A stretch of DNA of 64,000 nucleotides, from the IMG/VR virus record IMGVR_UViG_3300037851_000452, positions 32,001 to 96,000 of that record; one strand, given 5' to 3'. The stretch comes from a virus. Each line of letters begins with the position of its first letter. The stretch's first letter is position 1. The notes under the pieces were generated by a model. It saw nothing but the letters and a program-made list of their open reading frames with translations. It did not search any database and was not told where the DNA came from. Below are positions 47,566 through 56,125 of this stretch, one piece after another. Position numbers and translations under genes: made by a program.

Positions 47566-48384
47566 ATGCTTCTACAATTTACTCTTAGGTGCAACGAAGA
47601 ATGCTCTCATTGCCTAGTAGATGCTGGTAAGAACCGAGACGAGTTCATAGACGAAAGGACCATTGAGCGGGTCATTTCGTACCTTAACCGGCTGGGGCCT
47701 ATTCCCGTGCTAATAACGGGAGGAGAGGTCACGCTACACCCCAGATGGTTGGAGTTCTCTAAGAAGCTAGTCAAAGAGACCAACAGCGTTTTTATGGTCT
47801 TGAGCAACGGGTCCTGGGTAGAGGACGAAGAGATACAAAACGGCGTAAGGGAGCTCTTGGACCTCAAAAAGGTTATAGGGATGCAGGTTACCTCTTTCGA
47901 GAAGTACTACCCGAACTACCAGCGCATGGTTCGTCTTCAAGACAAGCTCAAAGAAGTCCACTCGAAAATAGGGCTGGTTCTAGGAGAAAAAAGCCACTGC
48001 CTAACCCCGCTAGGAAGAGCAGCAGGGATGAAACCTGAAGGAAAACAGTTCTCTGGGTGCTCTAACTTTCTACTAGTGTGCCGTCAAGTAGACACCTGGT
48101 ATAGCGCGCACTGGGAGCTCGCCAAGGCGCAAAAATTGTGCGTCCCCGTAATAGACACGCATGGAGACATACGAATCGGTGAGACCCAGCATTGCACCAA
48201 AATAGGCGACGTAGACGATAGCAACCACGATCTGTTCAACCGGGCCCTAAAACTGGAGCCTTGCGGAAAGTGCGGTCTTAGGTCCCCTTTTTCCAGGAGT
48301 GACGAATGCTCAGACTTGTTTCAGTCGTTGTTGCAGCCGTTCTCTGCTCGTGCACAGCGGAAGATCGAAGCATCCAAGCCCTAA
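47566..48384 (+). CDS. Radical SAM protein
   Basis: CNEECSHC, ITGGE, SNG, C-terminal Cys cluster. Confidence 0.9.
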   Translation: MLLQFTLRCNEECSHCLVDAGKNRDEFIDERTIERVISYLNRLGPIPVLITGGEVTLHPRWLEFSKKLVKETNSVFMVLSNGSWVEDEEIQNGVRELLDLKKVIGMQVTSFEKYYPNYQRMVRLQDKLKEVHSKIGLVLGEKSHCLTPLGRAAGMKPEGKQFSGCSNFLLVCRQVDTWYSAHWELAKAQKLCVPVIDTHGDIRIGETQHCTKIGDVDDSNHDLFNRALKLEPCGKCGLRSPFSRSDECSDLFQSLLQPFSARAQRKIEASKP

Positions 48385-48548
48385 AGAACGCTGGCATGTC
48401 AGACATCAAGATTACGGGGTTCGTTCTGCTGGCCTGCTCCAAAGACGACCAGTACCACACCGGCTTCGAGGCCACTAATAGCAAGGGCGTCCGCGTCTCT
48501 GGAGTAGTGTGCTGCAGCCTCGTATCCACATGTACGATCCAATTCTGA
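48306..48548 (+). CDS. Small lipoprotein
   Basis: Signal peptide with lipobox-like LCSC; VSGVVCC. Confidence 0.65.
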   Translation: MLRLVSVVVAAVLCSCTAEDRSIQALKNAGMSDIKITGFVLLACSKDDQYHTGFEATNSKGVRVSGVVCCSLVSTCTIQF

Positions 48549-48616
48549 AAAACGAAACACAAAGTTCTTGATCCGTACATAAGATTTATGTACAGCTTCT
48601 TTCACAGGAGACGGCA

Positions 48617-50203
48617 ATGCAGAACTACACGGAGCACTTTGGCGGCAAGAACGCGAAGCAGGGAGAGGTCATTCCTGGAAAGGAAAAGAACATGACCTTG
48701 AACTCCTGCAACAACTACGTGTTCCGTGTCGGTCCCTGGAACAGGCTGGAGCGTTTCCTGGTCTTGGGGTCGGACAAGAACACCTACTACGCTTCGGCCA
48801 AGAAGCTGACCAGGGAGAATGCGGCAGTTATCGAAGAGCTTATCCGGGTGGACAACCGCCGGCTCGTCGATACCATTGTTCGTATCTCTGATGAAGGCCG
48901 GGCTCCCAACAACGACCCGGCCCTGTTTGCCCTGGCCATGGCTACGGTGTTTGGTGACAAGTCTATGGCCATGGATGCCCTTCCCAAGGTTGCGCGTATC
49001 GGAACGCACCTGCTCCACTACTTGGAGTACACCAAGGGTCTGGGAGTTCTTTGGAGACGTACCTTCCGAAAGGGCGTTGCCAATTGGTTCAACGGTAAGG
49101 ACGTTGGAAACTTGGCCTACCAGGCCATCAAGTACAAATCCCGCGATGGCTGGTCCATGCGAGACGCTCTTCGTCTGTCGCATCCCAGTCCCAAAGAGGA
49201 CGTCGCTCGAGATGCCCTCTATCACTGGATTGTCAAAGGGGTCCTCAAGGAAGGGATCCCGGACCAGGTAGCGGCGGCGGCCGAGGTCATGTCTCTTGGT
49301 ACTAAGGACATCAGCAGGTCGGCGGAGCTGATCGTAAAACACCGACTTCCTCGAGAGGCTCTGCCTACAGAGCTGCTGTCGGATGCTCGGATATGGGACG
49401 CCCTGCTTAAAGGGATGCCTTTGGGGGCCCTGGTCCGTAACCTGGGAAAGATGTCCAGTTTGGGCATGTTGAATCCGTTTTCCGAAACGTCCAAGGAGAT
49501 TTGCCGCCGACTTACGGCAGAAGAAGAGATCAAGAAGTCCAGACTTCATCCTGTTGCCCTGCTGTCCGCTCTACGAGTGTACAAGCAAGGTCGTGGAGAT
49601 AAGGGATCTCTTAGTTGGTCCGTAAACAACATGGTCTCTAGTGCTCTAGAAGACGCGTTCTACCTGTCGTTCAAGACCATTGTTCCGACAGGAAAGAACA
49701 TTGGCCTGTTCCTAGACGTATCTGGGTCTATGGAAGGCGGAGAGACAGCTGCTGGTCTGAGCCCCAGAGAGGCATCGGCGGTGTTGGCCATGGTTACGGC
49801 TCGCAGCGAGCCCAACTATGAGTGCTGGGCATTTTCCAGTGGCATTGTGCCGTTCAAGCTAAGCAAGTCCTCGTCTTTGAAGGAGACGGTAGACGCTATG
49901 CGCGCTCTCCCGTTTTCATCTACGGACTGCTCGCTGCCCATGACCATGGCAACGAAAAGCAAGATACCGCTGGATGCCTTTATCGTATACACGGACTGTG
50001 AGACCAACCATTCCGGCTCACTGCATCCGTCTCGAGCGCTGCAGGTCTTCCGTCAAAAGATGGGCCGACCAGCTAAGCTGATTGTGGCCGGAATGGTGTC
50101 TAATGGGTTCAGCATTGCGGACCCCGAAGACGGTGGTATGCTGGACGTGGTGGGGTTTGATTCTTCTGCCCCGTCCGTCATGGCGGACTTCGTAAGAGAT
50201 TGA
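48617..50203 (+). CDS. rsr: Ro60/TROVE-vWA RNA-binding protein
   Basis: RLERFLVLGS, KYKSRDGWSMRDALRLSH, MPLGALVRNLGKM, LDVSGSM, YTDCET, MLDVVGFDS. Confidence 0.95.
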   Translation: MQNYTEHFGGKNAKQGEVIPGKEKNMTLNSCNNYVFRVGPWNRLERFLVLGSDKNTYYASAKKLTRENAAVIEELIRVDNRRLVDTIVRISDEGRAPNNDPALFALAMATVFGDKSMAMDALPKVARIGTHLLHYLEYTKGLGVLWRRTFRKGVANWFNGKDVGNLAYQAIKYKSRDGWSMRDALRLSHPSPKEDVARDALYHWIVKGVLKEGIPDQVAAAAEVMSLGTKDISRSAELIVKHRLPREALPTELLSDARIWDALLKGMPLGALVRNLGKMSSLGMLNPFSETSKEICRRLTAEEEIKKSRLHPVALLSALRVYKQGRGDKGSLSWSVNNMVSSALEDAFYLSFKTIVPTGKNIGLFLDVSGSMEGGETAAGLSPREASAVLAMVTARSEPNYECWAFSSGIVPFKLSKSSSLKETVDAMRALPFSSTDCSLPMTMATKSKIPLDAFIVYTDCETNHSGSLHPSRALQVFRQKMGRPAKLIVAGMVSNGFSIADPEDGGMLDVVGFDSSAPSVMADFVRD

Positions 50204-50207
50204 AGTT

Positions 50208-50275
50208 TGGGCTGGACGAATGCTCTCGGTTATCGACATACTCAGTTAGACCCGAGACAAATCCTTGCCAGCCCA
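50208..50275 (+). ncRNA. Y RNA-like unit 1 (short)
   Basis: TGGGCTGG/CCAGCCCA stem; GACGAATG and CTTGCC Ro-binding-type motifs. Confidence 0.75.
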
Positions 50276-50283
50276 TTCAGAAA

Positions 50284-50354
50284 AGGATGAGACGGACGTG
50301 GTTGGGTTATCTTTTGGTTTAGATGTCTCCCAGCCACAACAACTTGCTCGTCCT
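50284..50354 (+). ncRNA. Y RNA-like unit 2 (short)
   Basis: AGGATGAG/CTCGTCCT and GTGGTTGGG/CCCAGCCAC stems; GGTTATC and CTTGC motifs. Confidence 0.7.
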
Positions 50355-50451
50355 AACTTCTTTTGGGAACAGGAGAGACAGATGGCAGACGTTCCGTTTC
50401 CTAAAGGACCGGTCATTGCCGCTCAGCGAGGCCGTCTGTCTCTCTTGCCTA

Positions 50452-50588
50452 GAGGTGCTGCTGAACGAAGGGCTTTGTTCACCATCGCTGCGCAAGTTCG
50501 ATTCTTGCTCGACCCGTCTGGAAAACGGGTTGAACTAGTGGTAGATGCGAAAGAAAATGACAAGGCCAATCCCTTGTCAGCGCACTTC
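50452..50588 (+). ncRNA. YrlA-like Y RNA 3 (permuted tRNA-like domain)
   Basis: T arm GCAAG-TTCGATT-CTTGC precedes D loop CTAGTGGTAG; terminal stem. Confidence 0.75.
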
Positions 50589-50604
50589 AAGTGCTGGAAA
50601 AGGT

Positions 50605-50737
50605 TTGAGTAGGACGAATGAGGATGGTTACCACGCTGTATGTCGAGGGTTCGAGTCCCTCTGGTGGCGAAAGCTGCCGTAGATCAGTTGGTAGATCGAC
50701 AGCCTAAAACGCCGTCTTCAAAAACTTGCCTACTCAA
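50605..50737 (+). ncRNA. YrlA-like Y RNA 4
   Basis: GACGAATG; T arm GAGGG-TTCGAGT-CCCTC; GAAA-capped acceptor stem; D arm GATC-AGTTGGTA-GATC. Confidence 0.88.
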
Positions 50738-50756
50738 TTATTCTGGGTTGCTATGT

Positions 50757-50893
50757 TTGGGTGAGACGCTTGTTGTGGGTTACCTTTTGGAGGACGGGGT
50801 CGTGGGTTCAAATCCCACCCGCTTGGCGAAAGCTAGCGGAAGCTCAGCTTGGTTGAGCACGTAAAATCCCCACAGCTACTTTTGCTCGCCCAA
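50757..50893 (+). ncRNA. YrlA-like Y RNA 5
   Basis: T arm GTGGG-TTCAAAT-CCCAC; GAAA-capped stem; D arm GCTC-AGCTTGGTT-GAGC. Confidence 0.85.
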
Positions 50894-50972
50894 TCTTCTT
50901 CAAGTTAGAGAATGCTCCAAACTTCATGCTGGTCAGCCAAACATCCGCTCGAGGATGGGGCATTCTCTGTTA

Positions 50973-51049
50973 GGGCCCGTAGCTCAATTGGTTAGAGCAG
51001 CCGGCTCATAACCGGCGGGGTGAGAGTTCAAGTCTCTCCGGGCCCACCA
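50973..51049 (+). tRNA. tRNA with CAT anticodon (Ile2 or elongator Met)
   Basis: Full cloverleaf GGGCCCG...CGGGCCC-A-CCA; GCCGG-CTCATAA-CCGGC. Confidence 0.95.
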
Positions 51050-51114
51050 ATATCCTCCTAGCAATAACTCCCCAATCCGATCTTCAGGTTCCAATCAACA
51101 AGAAGGAGATTGTT

Positions 51115-51807
51115 ATGAAGCCGGTTGAGCTTAAGTTTGAAGACGTTACCTGCAGCGTCTACCCAACCAATGACAGCCGTCAGTGGTTCATGACTCTTCA
51201 AGAGGTTGCAGAGGGGTACGGGGTAAGAAAACAAACCGTGCATACGCACCTCGAAGACCACAGAGACGAACTAGGAGAATACGTATTGAATAAGGGTGTC
51301 GGTATTACCGATACCTTCGGTGGACCGCAGAAGCAAACCATTATCTACCGCGAAGGAGTAATCAAGCTCGGGTTCTTCATCAGGTCCAAGAGAGCGAAAG
51401 CCTTTCGGCAGTGGGCTACGGAAGTTATCTGTGACCACCTGGATGCTTCTGGGCTAGACCTAAAAGACGTTCTACTGAAAATGGACTCCAGACTTTCGGG
51501 TCTAGAGGAAGGTCAAGAGAGTTTGAAGGGTATTTGTAGCGGTCTTAGAGATGAAGTTGACGAGCTGAAGGCCATGGTCAACTTCGTCTACAGCGATAAG
51601 GACGAAGAGGAGGTACGAGACCTTATCCGCCGCATAAAGAAAGAGCTTGGAATGGACGGACGCGCGATTGTTGGTCACGTGAGAAAGACCCTCAACATAG
51701 GCTCCATATACGACGCGTCCGACATGCGCGCGGTCAAAAACGTGCTGAGGAATCTACTTGGGGAAGGTCTCCGTCTCGTACAAAGTGAGGACCAGGAGGT
51801 TACATGA
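51115..51807 (+). CDS. Antirepressor/Bro-like DNA-binding protein
   Basis: GFFIRSKRAKAFRQWA; C-terminus shared with 53253 and 55248. Confidence 0.7.
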   Translation: MKPVELKFEDVTCSVYPTNDSRQWFMTLQEVAEGYGVRKQTVHTHLEDHRDELGEYVLNKGVGITDTFGGPQKQTIIYREGVIKLGFFIRSKRAKAFRQWATEVICDHLDASGLDLKDVLLKMDSRLSGLEEGQESLKGICSGLRDEVDELKAMVNFVYSDKDEEEVRDLIRRIKKELGMDGRAIVGHVRKTLNIGSIYDASDMRAVKNVLRNLLGEGLRLVQSEDQEVT

Positions 51808-52061
51808 AAGACAGCATATGGTGTCCGAAAACGGGAGACGAGAAATGGTGGCAAATGAAGCATATGGAGGACTGCGGCACGCTGGCGCAGATACTTCACA
51901 TACGAACCAAAGAGTTACTGGAGGTTAAAAAAGAGCTAGCTAGGGTTTTGTCGTATCTAGAATCCATCCCCGCACCTACTCCTCCTATTTGCCTAAAGAA
52001 CGCCAAGAGGATGGTTAAAGGCTTAGACGCCGAGGAGCTGGGGTGCGAAAGTTCAAAATAG
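51804..52061 (+). CDS. Hypothetical protein
   Basis: ATGA-coupled, GGAGG RBS. Confidence 0.55.
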   Translation: MKDSIWCPKTGDEKWWQMKHMEDCGTLAQILHIRTKELLEVKKELARVLSYLESIPAPTPPICLKNAKRMVKGLDAEELGCESSK

Positions 52062-52098
52062 ACAACCAGATGGAGTCAGACCCGTAAGAGGACGGGCT

Positions 52099-52344
52099 TT
52101 GCGTAGGGGGAATGTAATGCCTTTACCGACTCAAGAAGAGCTAGAAAACGAGAAGAGGATACTCTCCGAGCTGCGTGAGTCCCTTCTGCATGTTTTCATG
52201 GATGCTTCGGGGTTCACCATGCTGAATCACTATGCCGATTCGGTTAACCCCGATCTTGGAAATAGAAAACGCGTGTACCGGATATCGACACTGGAAGGCG
52301 ACTTTGAGATAAGTCACCACACAAGGTGGAAGCCAGCAGAGTAG
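52099..52344 (+). CDS. Hypothetical protein
   Basis: Likely real start is MPLPTQ. Confidence 0.5.
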   Translation: MRRGNVMPLPTQEELENEKRILSELRESLLHVFMDASGFTMLNHYADSVNPDLGNRKRVYRISTLEGDFEISHHTRWKPAE

Positions 52345-52352
52345 GTTGAAGT

Positions 52353-52606
52353 TTGTTCTAGTAGACGTAGGGGTAATCCACATCCCCTGTTAACGGCGGG
52401 AATTGACCCGCGTCTGTGGAGCTCAGGCGAGCCGGGGCAATAAACGGGCACTGTTGGCCAAGGGCAAGATCTGGAGGTCTTTGGTGAGAGCGCGGGTGAC
52501 CCGACCAGTGTTTGGCTGCCGGTCATAATCCCTTCGCGGAAAGCCGATGGCTGTGAAGCAGGCAAGTGGAAACGTCGGGCGGAAGGGAATCCGCCTACTA
52601 GAACAA
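52353..52606 (+). ncRNA. Large structured ncRNA of unknown family
   Basis: 12-bp terminal stem TTGTTCTAGTAG/CTACTAGAACAA with many internal hairpins. Confidence 0.7.
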
Positions 52607-52615
52607 TAGATTTGT

Positions 52616-52839
52616 GCCGCGGTGGCCGAGAGGAAAGGCGCACCGAAAACGGACGGTGACCGGTAAAACGGAGCTACGAACCCCTAGTAACGCATGGTTG
52701 CGGATGCACCGAGGACAGGCCGCAGGATGGTAACATCACGGAACAAACTGTCGTGTAGGGAAGCGCGTTTCCAAGTGAACGGGGGACAAGAGTAAGCTCT
52801 TGTTAGTAGCCTACGAGGGTTCAATTCCCTCCCGCGGCA
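52616..52839 (+). ncRNA. tRNA-scaffolded RNA with ~150-nt insertion
   Basis: Acceptor GCCGCGG/CCGCGGC, D arm GCC-GAGAGGAAA-GGC, T arm GAGGG-TTCAATT-CCCTC. Confidence 0.75.
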
Positions 52840-52898
52840 CTCTATTCTTCCTACCCATACCTGCTATCAGAATTCCTTATCGGCAATGAGCCCTAGGG

Positions 52899-53159
52899 GT
52901 GCTTATGAGTAGCTACTGCCCAAAATGTGCACGTAGGATAGTAGAAACCACAAACGGTTACGTCGGCGACTACTCATGTCGGTGCACAATAGAGGACGTA
53001 AGAGAGGAGCTCAAAAAGACCCAAAAGGAGTTGATGAAGTACCAGCACGCGATAGGTTGGATTGATAAGTACGCAGACTGCAAGACCTGTGAATCGGCCG
53101 TCTCGGACATAAAAAGCCTGATTCGCAGGCTCAGGTCTGAAACTAGACGCTGCCGATAG
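52899..53159 (+). CDS. Cys-rich hypothetical protein
   Basis: CPKC...CRC...CKTC. Confidence 0.55.
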   Translation: MLMSSYCPKCARRIVETTNGYVGDYSCRCTIEDVREELKKTQKELMKYQHAIGWIDKYADCKTCESAVSDIKSLIRRLRSETRRCR

Positions 53160-53252
53160 TCTAAAATAACCCTCTCCAAATATGAACCACTAGAAGTGTC
53201 AGTATCGCTGACACTGTAACCGAAGTTTGCAATTCGGCAAAAGGAGAAAGTT

Positions 53253-53954
53253 GTGAGTATTCGTTACGTTGATTACGCCAATGAGTTGATTCCGGTTGTG
53301 TCTCTTGGAAACGAGGAGTTGATTCCGCTACCATACGTCTACCAGATTCTTGGTTTGGAGAGGCACACGGTCTATGAGCATCTAGATAATTTGATCGTCG
53401 ATTCCATCCAAATTCCCATAGAAATGGCCAGACAGATTCGTCAGCAAGAAGGTTCAAGTCTTCGAGGACGACCGCCACACGGCATCACTAAGGACCAGTT
53501 CAAAAAGCTGGTCAAAGTAGTCAACACGCCTGAAGCGTGGAACGTCTACGACGCCATCTGGGGCATGGCAGAGAATCACGCTAGGGCTATTCAGAATGAT
53601 ATGCCGGAATGGGCAGCTCGGTTCACCGCAGAAGTGAAAAGGGACGTCTCTAATATCTCAGAAGGCCAACAGCGTCTAGAGAATGTCTGCCGGGGTCTCA
53701 GAGACGAGGTTGACGAACTCACAGCACTGGTCAGCGTATTTTGCAGCGACCAAGACAAAGAGGAGGTAAGAGAACTTATCAAAGTCGTTGCAGAAGAGCT
53801 GGGGATGGATAAGAGGGCTGTTGTTGGCCACGCCAGAAAGACACTGAATCTCTGCTCGGTCTACAACGCCTTAGACATGCGTGTGGTAAAGAATGTTTTG
53901 AAAAACATGATTGGGCAGGGTCTACGGGTCGTTAAAGAGGATAACCCTAACTAG
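53253..53954 (+). CDS. Antirepressor-like paralog
   Basis: AAGGAG RBS; GLRDEVDEL...VGHARKTLN C-terminus. Confidence 0.65.
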   Translation: MSIRYVDYANELIPVVSLGNEELIPLPYVYQILGLERHTVYEHLDNLIVDSIQIPIEMARQIRQQEGSSLRGRPPHGITKDQFKKLVKVVNTPEAWNVYDAIWGMAENHARAIQNDMPEWAARFTAEVKRDVSNISEGQQRLENVCRGLRDEVDELTALVSVFCSDQDKEEVRELIKVVAEELGMDKRAVVGHARKTLNLCSVYNALDMRVVKNVLKNMIGQGLRVVKEDNPN

Positions 53955-53959
53955 CGGTT

Positions 53960-54217
53960 GTGGCACTTAAAGGAGAAGAATCTATGGACGAGCTAGAAAC
54001 ACTTGAAAGATCCTATTTAGAAAAAAGACAAGCCCTAGAGTGGCTGGCACATTCTGAGGATGCACCCGGAGAAGAAACAGAGAAATCCGTTCAAATGATC
54101 ATGCTTACAAAAGAACTGTCTTCGGTATCCTATCGAATGGGAGGGCTGTACAAAGATAGAGCTGAAAGTATCATGTCCCACTTCCACAGCCTCTTAGGTG
54201 ACCCTCTGATACAATAA
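53960..54217 (+). CDS. Hypothetical protein
   Basis: Probable start MDELET after AAGGAG. Confidence 0.5.
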   Translation: MALKGEESMDELETLERSYLEKRQALEWLAHSEDAPGEETEKSVQMIMLTKELSSVSYRMGGLYKDRAESIMSHFHSLLGDPLIQ

Positions 54218-54269
54218 GCCGCGAAGCAAGACTAGACCCAGGCGTACGTATCTAATAAACAGATATGGT

Positions 54270-54356
54270 GCCAAGGTGTCGGAATGGGTAGACGATAGAG
54301 ACTTAAAATCTCTTGAGCGTACGCTCGTGCGGGTTCGAGTCCCGCCCTTGGCACCA
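54270..54356 (+). tRNA. tRNA-Leu(TAA)
   Basis: GCCAAGG/CCTTGGC-A-CCA; AGAGA-CTTAAAA-TCTCT; long variable arm. Confidence 0.95.
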
Positions 54357-54370
54357 CTACAGGAGGCGAT

Positions 54371-54772
54371 ATGGGTGCCCTAGCTGACAAGATGCTTTCT
54401 GCTGGTCTGGTGTCCGAGGAGGACGTCAAGCGCGTTAAGAGGCAACAGACCATTGAAAAAGAAAACAAAAGAAAAGAAGACTGTCGAAAAGAAAAGGAGG
54501 CTCAGAACCGAGCCGTTCTATCCGAAGCACGAGCTATGGCCACCAGAAAAGCCCTGAGAGAGATACTTCTTTACCTCGGGGTTGATGAAGTACTCATGGC
54601 GTCGTTCTTCGGCAATGAGAAAGACAGGCTAGCCGCCCTAGCGTTACTGGGGTCTCAGTCCAAAAGCATTATGGAGATCTTGAACTCCGACCCTGTCAAA
54701 AAAGAAATAGAGAAGGTTGCACAGGAGGCTGCTAAGGACGAAACATTTAGGCGGTCGGTAGGACGCCTATAA
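54371..54772 (+). CDS. Hypothetical protein
   Basis: AGGAGG RBS. Confidence 0.6.
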   Translation: MGALADKMLSAGLVSEEDVKRVKRQQTIEKENKRKEDCRKEKEAQNRAVLSEARAMATRKALREILLYLGVDEVLMASFFGNEKDRLAALALLGSQSKSIMEILNSDPVKKEIEKVAQEAAKDETFRRSVGRL

Positions 54773-54773
54773 C

Positions 54774-54833
54774 GACTGTACGTACCCAAACTCGCCAAGC
54801 CAGACCAACCACAACGCAGACCTGCCGGAACCT
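54774..54833 (+). repeat. Pentamer-periodic (NNC-NN) array
   Basis: gaCtg taCgt acCca aaCtc gcCaa gcCa gaCca acCac aaCgc a gaCct gcCgg aaCct. Confidence 0.7.
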
Positions 54834-54876
54834 ACAATTCTGAAGAAGGTGTAACTTTTAGACCAAGGGGTGAACT

Positions 54877-55152
54877 ATGGGCGTCCACGTTACTATTGAA
54901 ATCGACCACCGCGGATGGAGTTGGTACGTTGAAGACGGGGAGCGCTTCGTATCCGCAGACGCTTGGGTGACTAACGATACCGGCGGATTCAAACTCGTAA
55001 AACCAGATAAGGACGAGCTAGAAAACATAGTGCCTGGCCTATACGACGCCGTGGTTAAGGGAAGTCTATACGCCGCCACTGCAGCCCTAAAAAGAAAGGA
55101 GGGCATCAACAACGATTCGTTGCCGCAGCATGAGCAATGTCCGGGTCATTAG
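54877..55152 (+). CDS. Hypothetical protein
   Basis: 91 aa. Confidence 0.5.
   Translation: MGVHVTIEIDHRGWSWYVEDGERFVSADAWVTNDTGGFKLVKPDKDELENIVPGLYDAVVKGSLYAATAALKRKEGINNDSLPQHEQCPGH
55135..55151. repeat. 17-bp site (copy 7, reverse orientation, one mismatch)
   Basis: CAATGTCCGGGTCATTA. Confidence 0.8.
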
Positions 55153-55247
55153 ACGAGTGCTCTATCCAGCTCAAAGAATAATTACTAGCGCTCTTACTCC
55201 AAAGTCGTAGTCCGCCGTTAAGTTCCAACCAGAGAGGAAAAGCAAAC

Positions 55248-56006
55248 ATGCAAGTCCGGTCTATCCCTATCGGTAACGTCATCGCTCGCGTCGTCTACTT
55301 GAATGAAACCGGCGAAGGAATGATGACGTCTAGAGAGGCCTACAATCTTCTTGGGATTAAGCAAAACACGTATTCTCAGCATTCTATTTCTATCTGTCCC
55401 ACCGATACAATTCCAGAAGAATGCGTCGAGGAGCTTCGTAACGAAGGCATTATAGCCCGCCGAGGAAGAATACCCTCGTTCATCACCAAGAGTCAGTTCA
55501 AAGAACTGGTCAAAAGGGTAAACACTGCGGAGGCGTGGAACATCTACAACACGCTATGGGACGTTGCAGAAACTCATATCAGGGCCGTAGATTCTAATGT
55601 CCCTGTGTGGGCGGCCGACCTGAAAAAAGACATGGAGACCCAATTCAATCGCATTGAAACTAGGTTCAACCGAGTTGAAGACGTTTGTAACGGGCTTCAA
55701 ACCGACGTTGAAACTAGGTTCAACCGAGTTGAAGACGTTTGTGGGGGACTACGAAGAGAGGTAGACGAGCTAAAGATTGCCTTGGGAATGTTTATGAGTG
55801 AGGAGAGTGACGCCGACGTTATTCAAAAACTCATTCAAGAGATAACTTCCATGTTCAGGTTGACCAAATCCGCGCTCATCGGGAAAGTTCGCAGTATGTT
55901 GAACCTGGCAGGTATCTACCACTCTGCCGACTCCAAACGAGTTATCAAGTGTCTGCAAGTTATTAAGAACGGCGGCATCGAAGTATTGAATGGTGGCCTA
56001 GAATAG
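55248..56006 (+). CDS. Antirepressor-like paralog with an 18-aa internal duplication
   Basis: N-terminus like 53253 (TKSQFKELVKRVNTAEAWNIY); ETRFNRVEDVC twice. Confidence 0.65.
   Translation: MQVRSIPIGNVIARVVYLNETGEGMMTSREAYNLLGIKQNTYSQHSISICPTDTIPEECVEELRNEGIIARRGRIPSFITKSQFKELVKRVNTAEAWNIYNTLWDVAETHIRAVDSNVPVWAADLKKDMETQFNRIETRFNRVEDVCNGLQTDVETRFNRVEDVCGGLRREVDELKIALGMFMSEESDADVIQKLIQEITSMFRLTKSALIGKVRSMLNLAGIYHSADSKRVIKCLQVIKNGGIEVLNGGLE
55654..55742 (+). repeat. 35-bp direct repeat, 54-bp period, intragenic
   Basis: TTGAAACTAGGTTCAACCGAGTTGAAGACGTTTGT at 55654 and 55708. Confidence 0.9.
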
Positions 56007-56017
56007 TAGCTCAGTTC

Positions 56018-56034
56018 TAATGACCCGGACATTA
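56018..56034. repeat. 17-bp site (copy 8)
   Basis: Exact copy, intergenic. Confidence 0.85.
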
Positions 56035-56125
56035 CGTACCTACGGTCCTCAGCTGTGTTGATATCAACACAACTGGATTCGATAACAATGGCAGCCAATC
56101 GCAGCTCAAGAACAAGGAGAACCTG

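Noticed and set aside
48602-49549. Long antisense ORFs (48602..49549, 4096..4932)
   Set aside because: Shadow frames of GC-rich genes on the opposite strand, without recognisable motifs
50265-50864. ORFs 50265..50612, 50323..50538 and 50640..50864
   Set aside because: They overlap well-formed Y-RNA-like structures
50605-50893. Annotating the T-loop/D-loop elements as ordinary tRNAs
   Set aside because: Arm order is permuted (T arm before D arm), the acceptor stem is capped by GAAA and there is no anticodon loop
52353-52839. tmRNA, RNase P RNA or group I intron
   Set aside because: No G3-U70 alanine acceptor or tag ORF, no GAGGAAAGTCC core, no P7-type R/S elements
52060-56120. Extra pentamer arrays at 52060, 53160, 54230, 55152 and 56040
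   Set aside because: They contain GAC starts but too few in-phase C positions to support by eye
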